Shown: positions 25,353-38,703, counted from the stretch's first letter. The stretch is DNA of 64,000 nt from Scenedesmus sp. PABB004 (GCA_014905635.1 JABVCE010000046.1:1-64000); one strand, 5' to 3'. Notes: generated by a model not told the origin, from the sequence alone. Translations and numbers: made by a program.

Positions 25353-26133
25353 CGTCCGAGTCTGCTGGGGAGCTCGTCCGAGTGCCAGCGCCGCGGCGCG
25401 CCGTCATGCTGTCGCGGGCGGCACCGCGCGGTTTAGGGCCTGAGCTCTCGCGCACCCGGTGGCTTGTGGTTGCCACAAAGCAATCAGAACAGATTCCTTC
25501 CCTCCCCGTCGCCCTGGCCGGCGACCGCGCGGCGCCCGTTCGCTGCGCCGGCCGCGCCGCCGCCCGCCCCAGAGCGGGCGGCTCAACGTCCGGCGCCGCC
25601 CGGTCCCAACTCCCGCCGCCGCCCCCCTATGCAGCGCGCCTGTGGGCGCTCGCTCCCCCCGCTCCTGCGACCGTCCGAAAAGCAGCGCCGCCCGCCGCCC
25701 GCCGCCTTGCGGCGGTTGGTCGTGTGTGCACACACGGCGACACGCACATGCGTGTCGCCCCGCAAGGGGCCTCAGCAGTCCCGCGGGCCCGCCCGTCCTG
25801 CAAATCACGCGCGCATGCAGTGCCGTTGCGCGGCGCGCGGCGCGGCGCGGGGCGCGCCGCCCGCGGCGCGCGCCGGCCCGGCGTGCGCGCCGGCCACTCG
25901 CGCGGCGGCGCGCCGCCGCGCACGCGCGCGCTGCGCGCGCCAAAACGTGGTGGGGCCCCCGGCGCGGCGCGGCGCCCGCGCGCGCGGCCCGGGCGCCGGC
26001 GGCGGGGTGTCGGGCCCGCGCGCGCGCGCGGCGCCGGCGCGCTGCCGCCCCGCCCGTCCGCCCGCCCCGCCCCAGCCCGCCCCGCCTGCCCGTCCGCGCG
26101 CCGCCGCCGCTGCCGCGCGGCGCCCGCCGCCGC

Positions 26134-27672
26134 TCAGTGGCCGTCGGCGGGCGGGGCCTCGCCCGCGGCGGCCGCCGCGGCGCGCTTGGCGGCCTTCTCT
26201 GCTGCCAGCGTGGCGGACAGGGCCCCCAGGTCCTTCCACATCTTGTCAGCGTCAAAGCCCACCCAGCAGGAATGCGGGTCCTGGCGGGGCGCGGCGCGGG
26301 GCGGGGGCAGGGCGGGGCGAGGCAGGGCGAGGCAGGGCGGGGTGAGGCAAGGCGGGGTGGGGCGAGGCGAGGCGGGGCGGGGGCAGCCGTGCGGGCGCCG
26401 CGCCGCGCCGTGCCGGCCGCGGGCGACGCAGGCGCCGCTGCGTGCCACACACGCGGCCGCCCGGCCGCCCGGCCGGGCTCCCCTCCCCACCTTGAAGGTG
26501 CGAAGCGAGCGCCACACGGCGCTGTTGCACTTGAAGCCTGCGGGACGCCGCCGGGCCGGGGGCGTCAGCGCCGCGCACGGCGCGCGAGCCGCCGCTGCCG
26601 CTGCCAGGGCGCAATGCGCGCGCGCGGGCGCCCGCGTGCGCGCGCGCGCGCCGCGGCGCGCACCCGAGCCGAAGCTGAGCTGCCAGACCTTGTCGCCGCC
26701 GCGGACGCCCTTGAAGGACTCGATGTAGCTCAGCACGTACCTATAGGGGCAGGGTTTAGGGAGGGGCGGCGGGCCCAGGGTTGAGGTCGGGGTGGGGTGG
26801 AGGGGGTTCAGGAGGTTGAGGGGCCGGGTGCGCTTGTTGCCGTGCGCTTGCAGCTCGGCTGCTCAGCACAGCCCGAGCGGCCCCGTGGGCGGCGGCGCGC
26901 AAAAGACAAAAACAAAAAAACAAACTGCACGCTAAGCCGCGCGCTCAGCCGCTGCGCGCTAAGCCGCGCGCGCTACGCCGCACCACACGGACGCGGAGGA
27001 GACGTTGCCCCAGCGGTACAGCCCCGCGCGGCTCGGCTCGATCGTCGCGTCGCTGAGGGCGAGGTGCTTCTGCATGCCGTCGATCACCGCGCGCCCGCCT
27101 GGCGGGGTTTAGGGGGGACGCAGGGGGCGAGGGTTTTGGCGGCGGCGCGGCGGGCGGCGGTTGGGAGGGAGCGCGGCGAGCCCGGCCCGCCTGCGCGCGC
27201 CGCGCGGGCGCGCGGCGCGCCCGCCTCGCGCCCTCGCTCCCCCTGTCGGTGTCAGCGCCTCGGCCCCGCGCGCCTGCCCCCTACACCCCTGCTTCGACCC
27301 CAGGCGCCCCCAAAGCCCCGTGCCCCACCCGAGTGGATGCAGATGTGCTCAAACGCGAGGCTGAAGTCGGGCGTGTAGGGCGGCGGGCGCGTGGCCTTGC
27401 TGCCGAGCTTGCGGCGCAGCAGGTTGACGGCAAAGAGGAACTTCTCACTGCGCGCGCGTGGCAAGGGGGTTGTGCGGGGTTTTAGGGGGGTTGTGTGTGG
27501 GGTTTAAGGGGTGGCGTGGCGGGCGGGCATTGAGGGGGGGGGGTGCGGGCGCAGGGCGCCCAGCAGGCCCTGGCATGCGAGCGCGCGAGCAGTGTCCATG
27601 CGCGCACGCAGTCACGCAGTCACGCATTCAGGCAGTCACACCAACCCACGCGCACGCCCCCCTGCCAGCCCC

Positions 27673-27703
<31 letters not shown>

Positions 27704-29080
27704 CCACACACACCCACACACACCCACACCCACACGCGCCCACCCACCCACCTGAAGGGCAGCACGAGGGGCCCCAGCAGCACCATGTTCTTCTGCAGCG
27801 CCCCCGCCGCGACAGCGGTGAGGTCCTTGCTCAGGCGCACGCCCAGGTCGCCTGTGGGGTTCGGGCGGGGCGGGCGGGGTTCAGGGTTCAGGGGTGAGAG
27901 GGCCGGCGCGTGCGCGTGCTGGGCGCTGCCGCGGCGCGCGCGCGCGCGCCCCGAGCGAGGACCGGCGACGCCGCGCCAGCACGAACGCAACGTGCCGAGC
28001 AACGCGATAACAACACAAATAACAACACAAATAACAACCCCACCCCACCGTTCTCGTCCTCCTCCTGGTACACGCAGCGGTAGGCCTTGTCCTGGCCCGC
28101 CAGGTTGACGCGCACGAGGTGGGCGAGCTCGTACTTGGACCGCCTGGGGTTATACGAGGGGGGGGGAGGCAGGGTTTAGGGAGGGCGGCGGCGGCAGGGT
28201 TAAGCAGGGGCGCGCGGGGCGGGCGTGCGCGGAGGCCAGAGGGGGGCGGGCGAGGGGGGGCGAGGGGGGATGGGGGGGGGGGGGGCGGCGACGGCGGCGC
28301 GCCGGCGCACTCACGCGGCCTCGGCGCGCCGGTTGGTCAGCAGCATCGCCGCGCCGTTGCACCTGCGGGGCGGGGGTGGTGAGGGTGTGGCGGTGAGGGG
28401 GTGAAGGGGGGAGAGAGGGGGGGGGGGCGCGAGGACCGCGCCGGCCGCGAGGGACCGCGCCGCCGCCCCCGGCTGTGGCCGGGTTGGGCCGCGGCCGCGC
28501 CGCCGCCGCAGCAATGACATCAGCAACCCCTCCGCTGCGCCCGCCGGGCCGCACCTGAAGATGCAGTTGGGCAGCAGCATGGAGCGGTCGTTGCCGGGGT
28601 ACCTTGGAGGGGGGGGGTGAGGAGGGGGTGAGGAGGGGTGAGGAGGGGTGAGGAGGGGGTGAGAGGGGGTGAGAGGGGGTGAGAGGAGGTGAGAGGGGGT
28701 GAGGGCGTGAGGGGAGGTGAGAGGGGGTGAGGGGAGGTGAGAGGGGGTGTGAGAGAGGGTGGTGTGAGGGTGAGGCGTGAAGGAAAGGGCAGGGGGCGGC
28801 TCGCAGGGCGGCGCCGCCGCGCGCGCGGGCTCGCGCGGCCCCGGCCGCGTCGCCGCGCGTGCGCGCCGCCCCGCAGTGAGGTTAAGGGCAGGGCGGGGGT
28901 TGAGGGCTTAGGGCGCGCACCAGTTGTTGGTGATGTTTTCGTGGCTCACCACCAGCACGTACGACTCTGGCAGCGTCGCGAGCACCTGGCGGTGGCGCGG
29001 GAGGGGGAGAGGGGGGCAACGGGGGGAGGGTTTTGAGATTGTAGGCGGCGGGCGGCGCGCGGGGTGGGGTGCGCGAGCGG

Positions 29081-29124
<44 letters not shown>

Positions 29125-31269
29125 GCGCGCGCGCAGCCGCCGCGCAGCCCCGCCGCCCTGACTGCCCACCCCACCCACACACCTGGCGCGCGAGGTCGAT
29201 TGCCACGAGCGACGCGGAGCAGCCCATGCCGCCGAGGTTGTAGTTGATCGTACGGCTGCTCATCTGGGGAAGGGGGGGGGGCGTCATTTTTGGGGTGGCA
29301 CGAGGGCGCCATTTGTGTGTGCGACGGCGCGGCGGGCGGGCGGGCGCGGCGCGGCAGCGCGCTGCTCGTCCGCGCGCCAGGCGGCCCACGCCCCCCCCCC
29401 CACGCCCCACGCCCTCTCAACCCCTCAACCCCCGACACGGCTGCGGCGTAAGCGCCCTGCCAGGCCCTGCCAGGCCCTGCTAAACCCTGCCAGGCCCTGC
29501 TAAACCCTGAGCCCCGCGCCTTGAAGTGGTTCATGATGCACGCGGCGAGGGAGGGCGTGGGGTTGAAAAGGCTGCTGTTGACGATCACGCACCCCACCTG
29601 GCGCGGCTTGACGCCTGGGGCGGGTGGGCGTGTGTGTGTGTGTGAGGGAGGGGGGGGGGGCAGGGGGGGTGTGGGGGGGGGGGGGGGGCGCCGCCACGAC
29701 AGCGACCCCCGCGCGCCCTGGCCGCCGCCGGGCCCTCCCCTCAACCACCATCACCCCCGCCCCTGCCCCCCCCCCACACACACACACCGCCCACACCCCG
29801 CACCCGTCTTCTCCAGCAGCTCCTGGATCGCGCCAAAGCAGGTGACCTCAAACTCGAGCCGCGCGTGCGCAATGTCCATGACGATCGGCTCGTTGACGAG
29901 CCAGGGCGGCGTGTAGGTGTCGTCGCCGAGGCCGCTGCGCTCGAGCATCTTGCCCAGGAAGTCGAGCGACTCGGGGTTGAACCGCTGCGCGCCGCGACGC
30001 GGGGTTGAAGCGGGGTTTAGGGCGGCGGCGGGGGGTTTGAATTTAGAGGGCCGGGGGCAGTTGAGGTTGAGGCGGCGGGGGGGGCTGTCGATTGGGGCGC
30101 GAGCGGCGCGCGAGCGGCGGCGCGGCGCGGCGCAGGGCCCCGCCGCCCGGCCCCACCGCGCCGCGTCGGCCGCAACCCCCCCCCCCTGCCGCGCCGTGCC
30201 GCACCGTGTTGAGCTTGTTTGTGGGGACGAAGCGGCCCTTGGGCATGCGCCAGGTGTCGGGCGGGTGCGCCATGGCAAAGTCCAGGAGGTACACGGGCGC
30301 CGGCGCGGCGGCGGCGCGGCACGCGCGCCTGCGGGGCGGGGCGGGGCGCGCGCGCGGGGAGCACACGCGGCGGCGTGGGCGGGAGCGGCGCGGCGCGGCG
30401 CGGCGCCTGGCTGCTGCGTGCCGCCCCGGCGTCACCCGCGGCGGGGCCCGCCGGCGGGGCGGCGCACCAGACCAGCAGCGTGACGGCCAGCACGAGGCCG
30501 GCGGCGAGCTGCGGGGCGGCGGCGGCGGCGCGCTCGCTCGGCAGGGCGCCGCGCCGCAATGCCCCCGCGCCGCGCCCGCCCTGCGAGCGCGCGCGCCCCG
30601 CGCTGCTGCGCGTGCGCGCCTGCAGCACCAGGCTGAGCGGCCAGTCGCGCGGCGGCGAGTAGAGGACCGTCGCGAGCACCGCGCCCAGCGCCTCCTTCAG
30701 CTCCTCCTTGTGCTCCAGCGCGCGCGACTGCGCGGCGGGCGCGGCGGCGGCGCTCGGCGGCGCGCGCGCGGCGGCGTGCGCGCGGCGCGAGCAAAAAGAG
30801 CGCCGCCGGCGCTGCTGCCGCCGACGGCGCTGCTGCTGCTGCCGGCCGCGCCGCCCAATCAGAGACCCCCTGCCGCCCTGGCTCCGGCCTCGGGCCGGGG
30901 CCGGCGGCCGGGGTGGCGCCCGGATTGGCGTGGGCGCAGCACTGCCTGCTGCCGCGCAGCCCCCGGCCTGCTCGCGGCGCCTGGCGCGCTGGCGCCGGGA
31001 GTGCGTCGAGGTCCGAGCCCGGGCGGCGTGATGCGCCGGTGCTGGCCCCGCGTGATGCGCCCCAGGCGCCGGGGGCCGGCCAACTCCATCCCCAGCCGTC
31101 TTGGCGCGCCGCCGCCCGCGCGCCCTGCGGGGCCGTGGCGCGTCGCATTGCTGGCGTGTGTCCGTCACGGCTCGCTCACCGCGCCATAGGCCAGCGCCGG
31201 GATGGCCACCAGCGCGCCCTTGTGGTCCCAGCCCCAGTTCACGGCCCGCTTCAGCGGCCTCGACGCCAT
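26134..31269 (-). CDS. KCS: 3-ketoacyl-CoA synthase (FAE1/KCS very-long-chain fatty acid elongase), multi-exon
   Basis: Motifs [41 protein letters not shown] (catalytic Cys), [33 protein letters not shown] and [16 protein letters not shown]. The 5' exon structure is less certain. Confidence 0.93.
28607..28781. repeat. Degenerate GGGGTGAG(A) array, about 17 copies, in a KCS intron (CTCACCCC on the sense strand)
   Basis: Directly visible. It lies just upstream of the acceptor at 28603 in KCS orientation. Confidence 0.9.
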
Positions 31270-31621
31270 TTTTGGCGTCCTGTGAGCAACGTACGCGCGA
31301 CAGTGTGCCGGGGCGGGCGACCGGCGGCCGCGCTGGGCGGAGGCGCGAGCCAGGGCCTGGCCACTGCGCGAGCCCCGCCGCGGCGTCGAGCTGCCCGGAG
31401 GTCGCGACCGACTGCTCACTCGCACAGGACCAGCGCCAAGGGCCGTGGACGCTCGCACGCACCGGCCAGCGCTCCGCCAGCGCGACCCGCCTGCGCGCCC
31501 GCAGCGCTGCAGCTCGCGGAAAGGCGCGCTTGGCAGGTTAAGGGACTCAACCGTCGAGTAAATGCAGCCGCGACGCTCCTAGGGCCGGCGTTTCGTCGCG
31601 GGAGCAGAGCGCGCGCCAGCC

Positions 31622-34600
31622 ATGGCGCGACGCTCGGCCCTGGGCGCCGCCCTGCTGCTGGCGGTGGTGCAGGTGGGCGCCAGCGCTGGCCATGCAGCTG
31701 CAGCAGCGCGCCAGCCAGGCCGCGGCGCGTGCGCGGGGCGCCTGGCTCGCAGCTGCAACTGGCAAGGCGCGAGCCCCGAGCGCCGCGCCGACGCCGCACC
31801 GCGCGCCCTCCGCAGTCGCCATGCGGCCACTGCTTCGGCCTGGGATCAGCGTGGGGCGGCGGGCGCGGCCCCTTCGCGCCGGCGCCGGCGCCGGCGCCCG
31901 CAGCAGCGCCGGCGAAGCTCGAGCACGCGTCGCTGTCGCTGCCCAGCCCCCCAGCGTTCCCCAGCTACCCCCAGGTCTCTGACTACGCCTCCGGCGCCTG
32001 CGCGGGTGAGCGCTGCGCAGCAGCGAGGCGCCGCCGCAGCACGCCGCAGCGCGCCGCAGCGCGCGGCATGCGCGCCGCGCCGGCCGTGCGCCACGCATCA
32101 CCTGCTGCCCGCGCGCCGCCCGCCGCGCGCCCCAGGCTACGCCTTTTGCTTCCCCGAGTGGAACGAGCCGGTGGTGACGGAGCCGGACGTGATGTGCCCC
32201 GCCGGCTACGAGCTCAGCACCGCCAAGGGCCTGCCGATGTGCGGCGGGGGAGCGGCGCGGCGCGGCGCGGCTCGCTCGGCCGCCGGGCGCCGCCCTGTGC
32301 GCTGAGCACGCGCCGCCCGCGCCTCGCAGCTGCGTGCAGAAGAGCGGCGTGTGCCAGAGCGGCTACGACCTGAACAGCGACGGCGACTGCTGCACCGTGC
32401 GATCGACGTGCGTGTGGGGATGGAGGGCGGGGGTGGGCGGGTGGGGTGGGAGGGCGAGGCGTGAGCGGCGCTCAGGGCTCAACAGGCTCAACGAGCGCCG
32501 CCGCCGCCGCGCGCGCGCCGCTGCGGCGCAGGGGCAAGTGCTACGCGAGCTGGGGGACCTGCAGCGGCGCCGCCGGCGCCGCCGCCGGGGCGCTGAGCAC
32601 CCTGCTGCCCCCGCTGCCGTTTGAGCTCAACGTCGGCAGCATCTGCACGGGTGAGCGCGCGCGCGCGCCGAGGGCCGCGCCCTGCTGGAGGAGCTCCCGC
32701 GCCGCTCGCCCCTCGCTCGGCCCTCGCTCGCGTCGCGCGGGCCGGGCGTGACACCCCTAAACCCTGCTCCGCGGCCGTGCACGCTGAACCCCGGCAGGCA
32801 CCGAGGCGTACAGCAAGATCGTTGACAACGTGCAGATGGTCCCCGTCACGCCCGGCAGCCGCTGGCTCGACGGCGACGGCGGCTACGTCGGCGGCGCCGG
32901 CAGCACCTACGTCGGCGGCGCCGGCAGCACCTACGTCGGCGGCGCCGGCAGCACCTACGTCGGCGGCGCCGGCAGCACGTACGTCGGCGGCGCCGGCAGC
33001 AGCTACGGCGCGAGCTACGGCGGCGCCGGGTCGGCGGTGGGCGGCGGCGGCGTGGTGGGGGCTGACCTTCCCCATCCGTCAGCGATGATGACGTCATCAC
33101 CGCCCGAGGATGACGTCGCGTACCAGGTCATCCCCGGGGGCAACCTGGTCAACCTCAACGGCAAGCTGGTGCGTTTGGTTTGGACGGACACGGTTTGAAC
33201 AAGCAGTGACGGCAAGAGAGGGGCGCGGACCCCAGCCCGGGCCCCGGCGCGCAGCCCCGAGCACGGCCGAGCGCAGCGCGGCGCGCAACGCGCAGCGCGC
33301 GGCGCGCGGCCCGCGCGCGCCGACGCGCCGCGCCGCCCGCCGCGGCGGCGCGCAGGTGCACGTGGGCCCCGTCGCAAACGTCAACGTCAACGGCGCCGGC
33401 TCGGGCGCGGGCGGGCCGGCCCAGCCCAGCGCGGCGCAGGCGGCGTCGCTCGCGGCGCTCCAGCAGCAGGCCGCGACGGCGGGGACGTACGTCGCCGGCC
33501 AGCCGGGCGGCGCGGGCGCCGGCGGCGCCGCGGCGGGGCTGCCGCCGCCGACGCTGGGCACGCAGGCCGACGCGCTCGCGGCGCTCCAGCAGCAGGCCGC
33601 GGCGGCGGGCACCTACGTCCCGGGGCAGCCGGGCCAGCCCGGCCAGCCCCTGTACTCGCTGCCCCCGCTCGGCGGCGCCGGCGCGGCGCCGGCGCTGCCG
33701 GGGGCGGCGCCCGGCGCCGGCGCCGCCGCGGGCGCGGCAGGCGTGCCGGGCGGCGCCGCGGGCGTGCCCGGCGCTGGCGCTGGGGGCGTGCCGGCCGGCG
33801 CCGCGGGCGCGAGCAACGCGCGGCTGCCGGCGGAGCTGGCCACGGCGCTGCTGGTGCTGCCCAAGATTGTGCTGGGGGGCGGGCTGCCGCTTAAGGTCAA
33901 GACGGGCGAGGTCGTGGTGAGCGAGCGCGCTGCGCCGCCGCAGCTTTTGCAGCAGCAGCAGCCTCGAGGCGGGCGTCCGCGTCTGCGCCGCCCCGGGCCG
34001 GCCGGCCCGGCGGGCTGCCCTCGCGCCCCAAAACCCCAAACCCCGCATCCGGCGCTGCGCCGCAGGCCAAGAAGGAGTTCACCGTGTCCCTCACCACGCG
34101 CAAGGAGGAGCTGGTGCCAAAGTGCTTCTCCAAGTGCTGCTCGCAGTGCGCGCGCCGCCGCCGCGGCCCCGCTCCCGCGCCGGCGCCGCCGCCGCGCGCC
34201 GCCGCCGGCGCGGCGCCCGTCGCCCTGGCGTTGGCCGCGGGTGGGGGGGGGGGGGGCGTGAGCCCAGCCCGACCCTGCCGCGCCTGAACCCTGCTGCGCA
34301 GGGACGCCGACGTCGTGTGCATGGACGCGAGCGAGGCGATCAACTATGCAAAGCCGGCCTACATCTGCCCGCCCGGCTGCACCTTCACCGACGACACGAG
34401 TGAGCCCCCCCCCCCCCCCCTCGGGGACGGGCGGGCGACGCGCGCCGGCCGCGCTGCGCGACGCCGCCGCTGCCGCTCCCGTCGCGGGGGGCTGCCCACA
34501 GCGCGCGCCGCCCGCGACCAACCCACGCGCCCGTCCGCGCACGCGCGCGCGCGTGACGACCCCCGCAGACAAGTGCCTCTGCTCGGCCGGGCACTTCACG

Positions 34601-34780
34601 CCGTGCGCGCCGGGCGAGACGGTGTGCAGCTGGGGCGAGCAGCCGATCTGCGCCGGCGACGCGGCGTTCTTTGGCATCGAGGCCTGCACCTTCATCGGCG
34701 CGCTGCAGCAGCACCTCCCGCGCGTCGCGTGCCCCTACAAGGCCCTCTCGCAGCCGATGCTGTCGGGCGCGTTTGACTGA
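31622..34780 (+). CDS. Secreted cysteine-rich protein with (YVGGAGST)n repeat; putative cell-wall or structural protein
   Basis: Signal peptide MARRSALGAALLLAVVQ. Cys-rich exons (PDVMCPAGY, CQSGYDLNSDGDCC, PAYICPPGC, KCLCSAG, CAPGETVC) flank a Gly/Ala/Gln-rich middle. Stop at 34780. No family recognised. Confidence 0.7.
32884..33003 (+). repeat. 24-bp coding tandem repeat x5 encoding YVGGAGST
   Basis: Near-perfect copies of TACGTCGGCGGCGCCGGCAGCACC. Confidence 0.95.
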
Positions 34781-35095
34781 GCGCGCGCGCAAACTGGGCG
34801 GGCTGGCGCGCGCGCGCGGAGCGGGGCGGCGGCGCGATTGCGGCGGTGATGGCGGTGATGGCGGCCTGGGCCCCCCCCCTCTGCGGGAGCTGCACGAGTT
34901 GTTGTCGTGGGGACGGCGCCAGTCGGCCGGCCGGCCGCGCTTCAGCGGCGCCCCGCCTCGGCGGAAAATGAATGACGCTGCTCCTGAAATGACTCCGAAG
35001 CAGCAGCCGCCCACCCACCAGGCACGGCCGCGTGCAGCCGTCTCAGCGCGGCGCGTCGGCGACCGAGATCAGCCGCCGCTGCGCCCGTCCCCGGC

Positions 35096-37535
35096 ATGTC
35101 GCGATGGTGGAACCAGCACGATGACCGGGGCGGGGGCCCCCCGAGCGCAGTCAACCCCCGTCCCGCCATGGCGTCGCAACAGCAGCACCAGCAGCAGCAG
35201 GTCGCCGTTGCCCCGCGCGGCGTGCCCGCCGCCGCCCCACGCGGCGCGCCCGAGCCGGCGCCTCCCGCCCCGGGCTTCGGCCGCGCGCCCGTCCCCGCCG
35301 CGGCGCCAAAGGCCGCGCTGCCCAAGGTGCGGCGGCGGCGCGCGCGGGAGCAGCGGCGGGCGCGGGAGCAGCGGCGGCGCCGCGCCGGCGCCCCGAGCGG
35401 CGCCGCGGCCCCGAGCGGCGCCGCGGCCCCCGCCGCAGGTGTGGGAGTACGAGGACCCGCTGCGCGACGTGCACGGGCCCTACGACGCGGCGCAGATCAT
35501 CTCCTGGTTTGCGCAGGACTGGTTTGGCACCGACCTGAAGATCCGGCGCGTGGGCAGCTATTGGACGCAGCTGGAGTGGGTGCTTGAGGTGAGCGGCGCC
35601 CCCCGGAGCGCACAGCCCGTGGGCCGCGAGCCGCGCCCGGCGGCAGCGCCGCGTCGCATGCACAGCGCCGTGCGCCCAACGCCGCGACGTCGCCCGCGCC
35701 CTGCCCCGCCGCCCGCGCCAGGAGCTCAAGGCCGAGGCGCGCGGCACGGCGGCGCCTGCGCACGGCGCCGGCGCCAGAGCGCCGCAGCCGCAGCAGCAGC
35801 TGGCGCCGCAGCCGCAGCAGCAGCTGGCGCCGCAGCCGCAGCAGCAGCTGGCGCCGCAGCCGCAGCCGCAGCCGGCGGCCGGACCGGGCGCGGTCGGCGC
35901 CGCCGCCTGGGACGGCGCGGGCGCGGCCGGCGCCGACGCCTGGGGGGCGCTCCCGCCGTCGCCGCCCGCGCCCCGCCCGCCGGCGGGGCCGGCGGCGCGT
36001 TTGCCGCTGGGGCCGCCGCGCCGCGCGGCGCGCCAGGGCCCGCGCCGCGGGCCGCGCCAGCGGCCCCCTCCTGGGCGGCCGGGCCTGACCGTGGCGCCGC
36101 GGCGCCGCCGGCCGGCAGGGAGTGGGAGGGCAGGGAGTGGGAGGGCCGGGGCGCGCCGCGCGGCGGCGGCGGCGGCGGCGTGCAGCTGGGCAGCGACGGC
36201 AAGTGGGAGCGTGGCCACGTGATCGGCGGCGGCGGCGACCGGCGCCGGCGCGGCGGCGCGCAGGGCGGCGGCGCCGGCGGCGGCGCCCGGGCGCCTGCGC
36301 CCGCCAGCGCCGACGACTACGGCGCGCGGGAGGCCCAGCAGCGCGGGGGGCGCGGGCGCGCAGCAGCAGCAGCAGCAGCGCCGCAGGAGGGCGGCGAGTA
36401 TGCTCGCGCCGCCCGGATCCTGCAGGGCGACGATGACGACGAGTATGGCGCCAGCAGCGGGCGCGGGCGGCGGCGCGGCGGCGCGCGCGAGCGCGAGGCG
36501 CGCGAGGCGCGCGAGGCGCGCGAGGTGCGCGGCGCGGCGGCCGAGCCGCCCGCGGCCGACGACCGCCGGCCCGCCGCCGGCGCCGGCGCCGGCGGCGGCG
36601 GCGGCAACAACAGCAGTGCCGCGCCGGAGCAGCGCAAGCGCGGGGGCAGCAGCGGGCAGGAGCAGCGCGAGCGGCGCGGCGGCGGCGGGGCCGCGCCAGC
36701 CGAGGTCGCCGCCGCGAGCGCGGCCGTGGCGGACCTGAGCCTGCTCGGCGGCGCCGCCCCGGCCAGCGCGCGGTGGGGCGACATCATGGCCGCGGCGGAC
36801 GAGGCAGACGGCTGGGGCGCCGCGCCGCCTGGCGGCAGCGACGGCGGCGGCGCGCCCCCGGCCGCCGCGCCCGAGGCGGGCGGCGCGCCCGGGGCGGGCA
36901 GCGCGGCGGCGCCGCCCGCCGCCGCCGCAGCGGGCGCCGCCGCCGGCGCCAGCGCCGGCGAGCAGCAGGCGGTGAGCCCCGCGGCCGCAGGGAGCGCGGC
37001 GGCTGCTGAGCCGCCCGCGGCGCCCTCTGCAGCCGCGGCCGGCGAGCCGCCCGCGGCACCCGCCGCAGCCGCGGCGGCCGAGCCGCCCGCGGCGCCCGCT
37101 GCAGCCGCGGCGGGCCAGCCGCAGGCTGAGCAGGGGGCGGCCGGTGGCGCCGGCGCCGGCGAGGCGGCGGCGGCGGACAGCGGCGCGGTGCGCAGGCCGC
37201 CGGAGAAGCGCCTGTCTGGCGTGCGGGCGCTCATCGCGCAGCAGGAGGAGCAGCTCAGGGCGGCCGCGGCGGCGGCGTCGCCCGGCGCCAGCCGCACCGC
37301 CACGCCGCCGCGCCGCGACGCGCCGGGGGGCGCCGAGGCGACGGGGCCGGAGAGGAAGATGAGCGGCGAGGCGGCCGCCCCGGCTGCCGGCGGGGCGGAG
37401 GCGGCCGCCGGCGGCGATGGCGCGAGCGACGGGCGCGTGGTGGCGGCGGTGACGACCAGCATCTTTGGCCGCGTGGCGGGCGCGCTCGGCCTGGGCGGCG
37501 CCGGCGCGGCTGCGGGCGACGGCGCGGCGCAGTGA
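35096..37535 (+). CDS. GYF-domain protein with low-complexity Ala/Gly/Pro tail
   Basis: Exon 2 reads VWEYEDPLRDVHGPYDAAQIISWFAQDWFGTDLKIRR, which matches the GYF pattern WxYxDxxxxxxGP[FY]xxxxxxxWxxxGYF. Introns at about 35327-35438 and 35589-35721. Confidence 0.75.
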
Positions 37536-38663
37536 GTGACGGGCGCGCGCGCGGCGTCCGAGCGGTGATCGGTGTCGTCCGCGCCGCCCGCACGCAGCCG
37601 CCCCCGATGCCGGTGGCGGCCGCCCAGGTTCCCTGCGCACCGCTGCGCTGCCGCCGCTCTAGCGCGGCGCAGCACCGACCGGCCGGCGGCGCTGTTACAT
37701 GCGCTTCAGCGGCGCGCGCAGCACGCGCGCGCATAAGTGCTCGCGCGCCGCGCGGCAACGCACTTGCTCGCGGCGTTACTCCGCCTGCTCGCGTGCTTGT
37801 GACGCAAGAGCAGGACGAGCAACGCCGCGAGCGAGTCGCGCGGCGGCGGCGGCGCTCCGGCGGCGCGACAGCAGAATGCTTTCCGCCGCGCGCGGCGCGC
37901 GCGCCAGAGGCCCCGCAGCCGCCGCACGCCCGCTGACAAGCACGATCCCCCGCCCGTCCGCCACGCAAGAGTTCGAGAAGCGCAGGCCCTCGCGCCGCGA
38001 CGTCGCCGGCGGCGGCGCGCGCGGTGTCGCTTGCGGCGCCCACCGTTCAGTGGCCCCGGGCCCCACCGCGCGCGCCGACGCCGGCGACGTCAAGGCCGTG
38101 GCCAGCGGACGCCGGCGGCGGTGCCGCCGCCGCTGCGTCCGCCGCCGCCGGGCCCGTGCGCAGCGCTGCGTGCGCACAAGCTGCTGCGCGTCCTTTGCGC
38201 TGCAGGCAGCGCATCGGACGCGCGCAGCAGCTTGTGCGCGGGGTCGCGCGGCGTGGCGGCGGCTGGTGGGTGCAGGAGCGCGCGCGCACCGGCTCCTGCC
38301 CCCTGGCCTCCTGTTTGAGGGCGGGGGCATGGGCCGCTGCGCGCGCGAGCGCGCGCGCCGCCCCGCATGCCGGCGCGCCGCTGCGCGCGCGCCGGCGCCG
38401 CGCGCGCCGCGCGCACCCGCCGCCGAGCGCGGTGTCGGTCACCACCGCAAAGATCAGCGCGCACATGCGCCGCTCATCTTCGCCGCCGTGACCGACGCCC
38501 CACTCGGCGGCGGCGGCGCGGTCCCACCACGACGCGGCACAGGTGAGGCGCTGCTGGCACGCCGGCAGGGACGGCCGCGCGGTCTGTCCCGGCGCGCGCG
38601 CGCCGTGTGACTCTGGCGACGACGTCGGCCGCCGCCGCACCCAGCAGGGCCCGCTCTCACTGC

Positions 38664-38664
<1 letters not shown>

Positions 38665-38703
<39 letters not shown>
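38665..38703. repeat. (GCT)n microsatellite, intergenic
   Basis: About 13 visible copies. Confidence 0.9.

Noticed and set aside
15950..34780. Possible biosynthetic cluster (glycan enzyme, transporter, SDR, KCS, wall protein)
   Set aside because: No coherent pathway or shared regulatory motif is visible. Adjacency is expected in a gene-dense genome.
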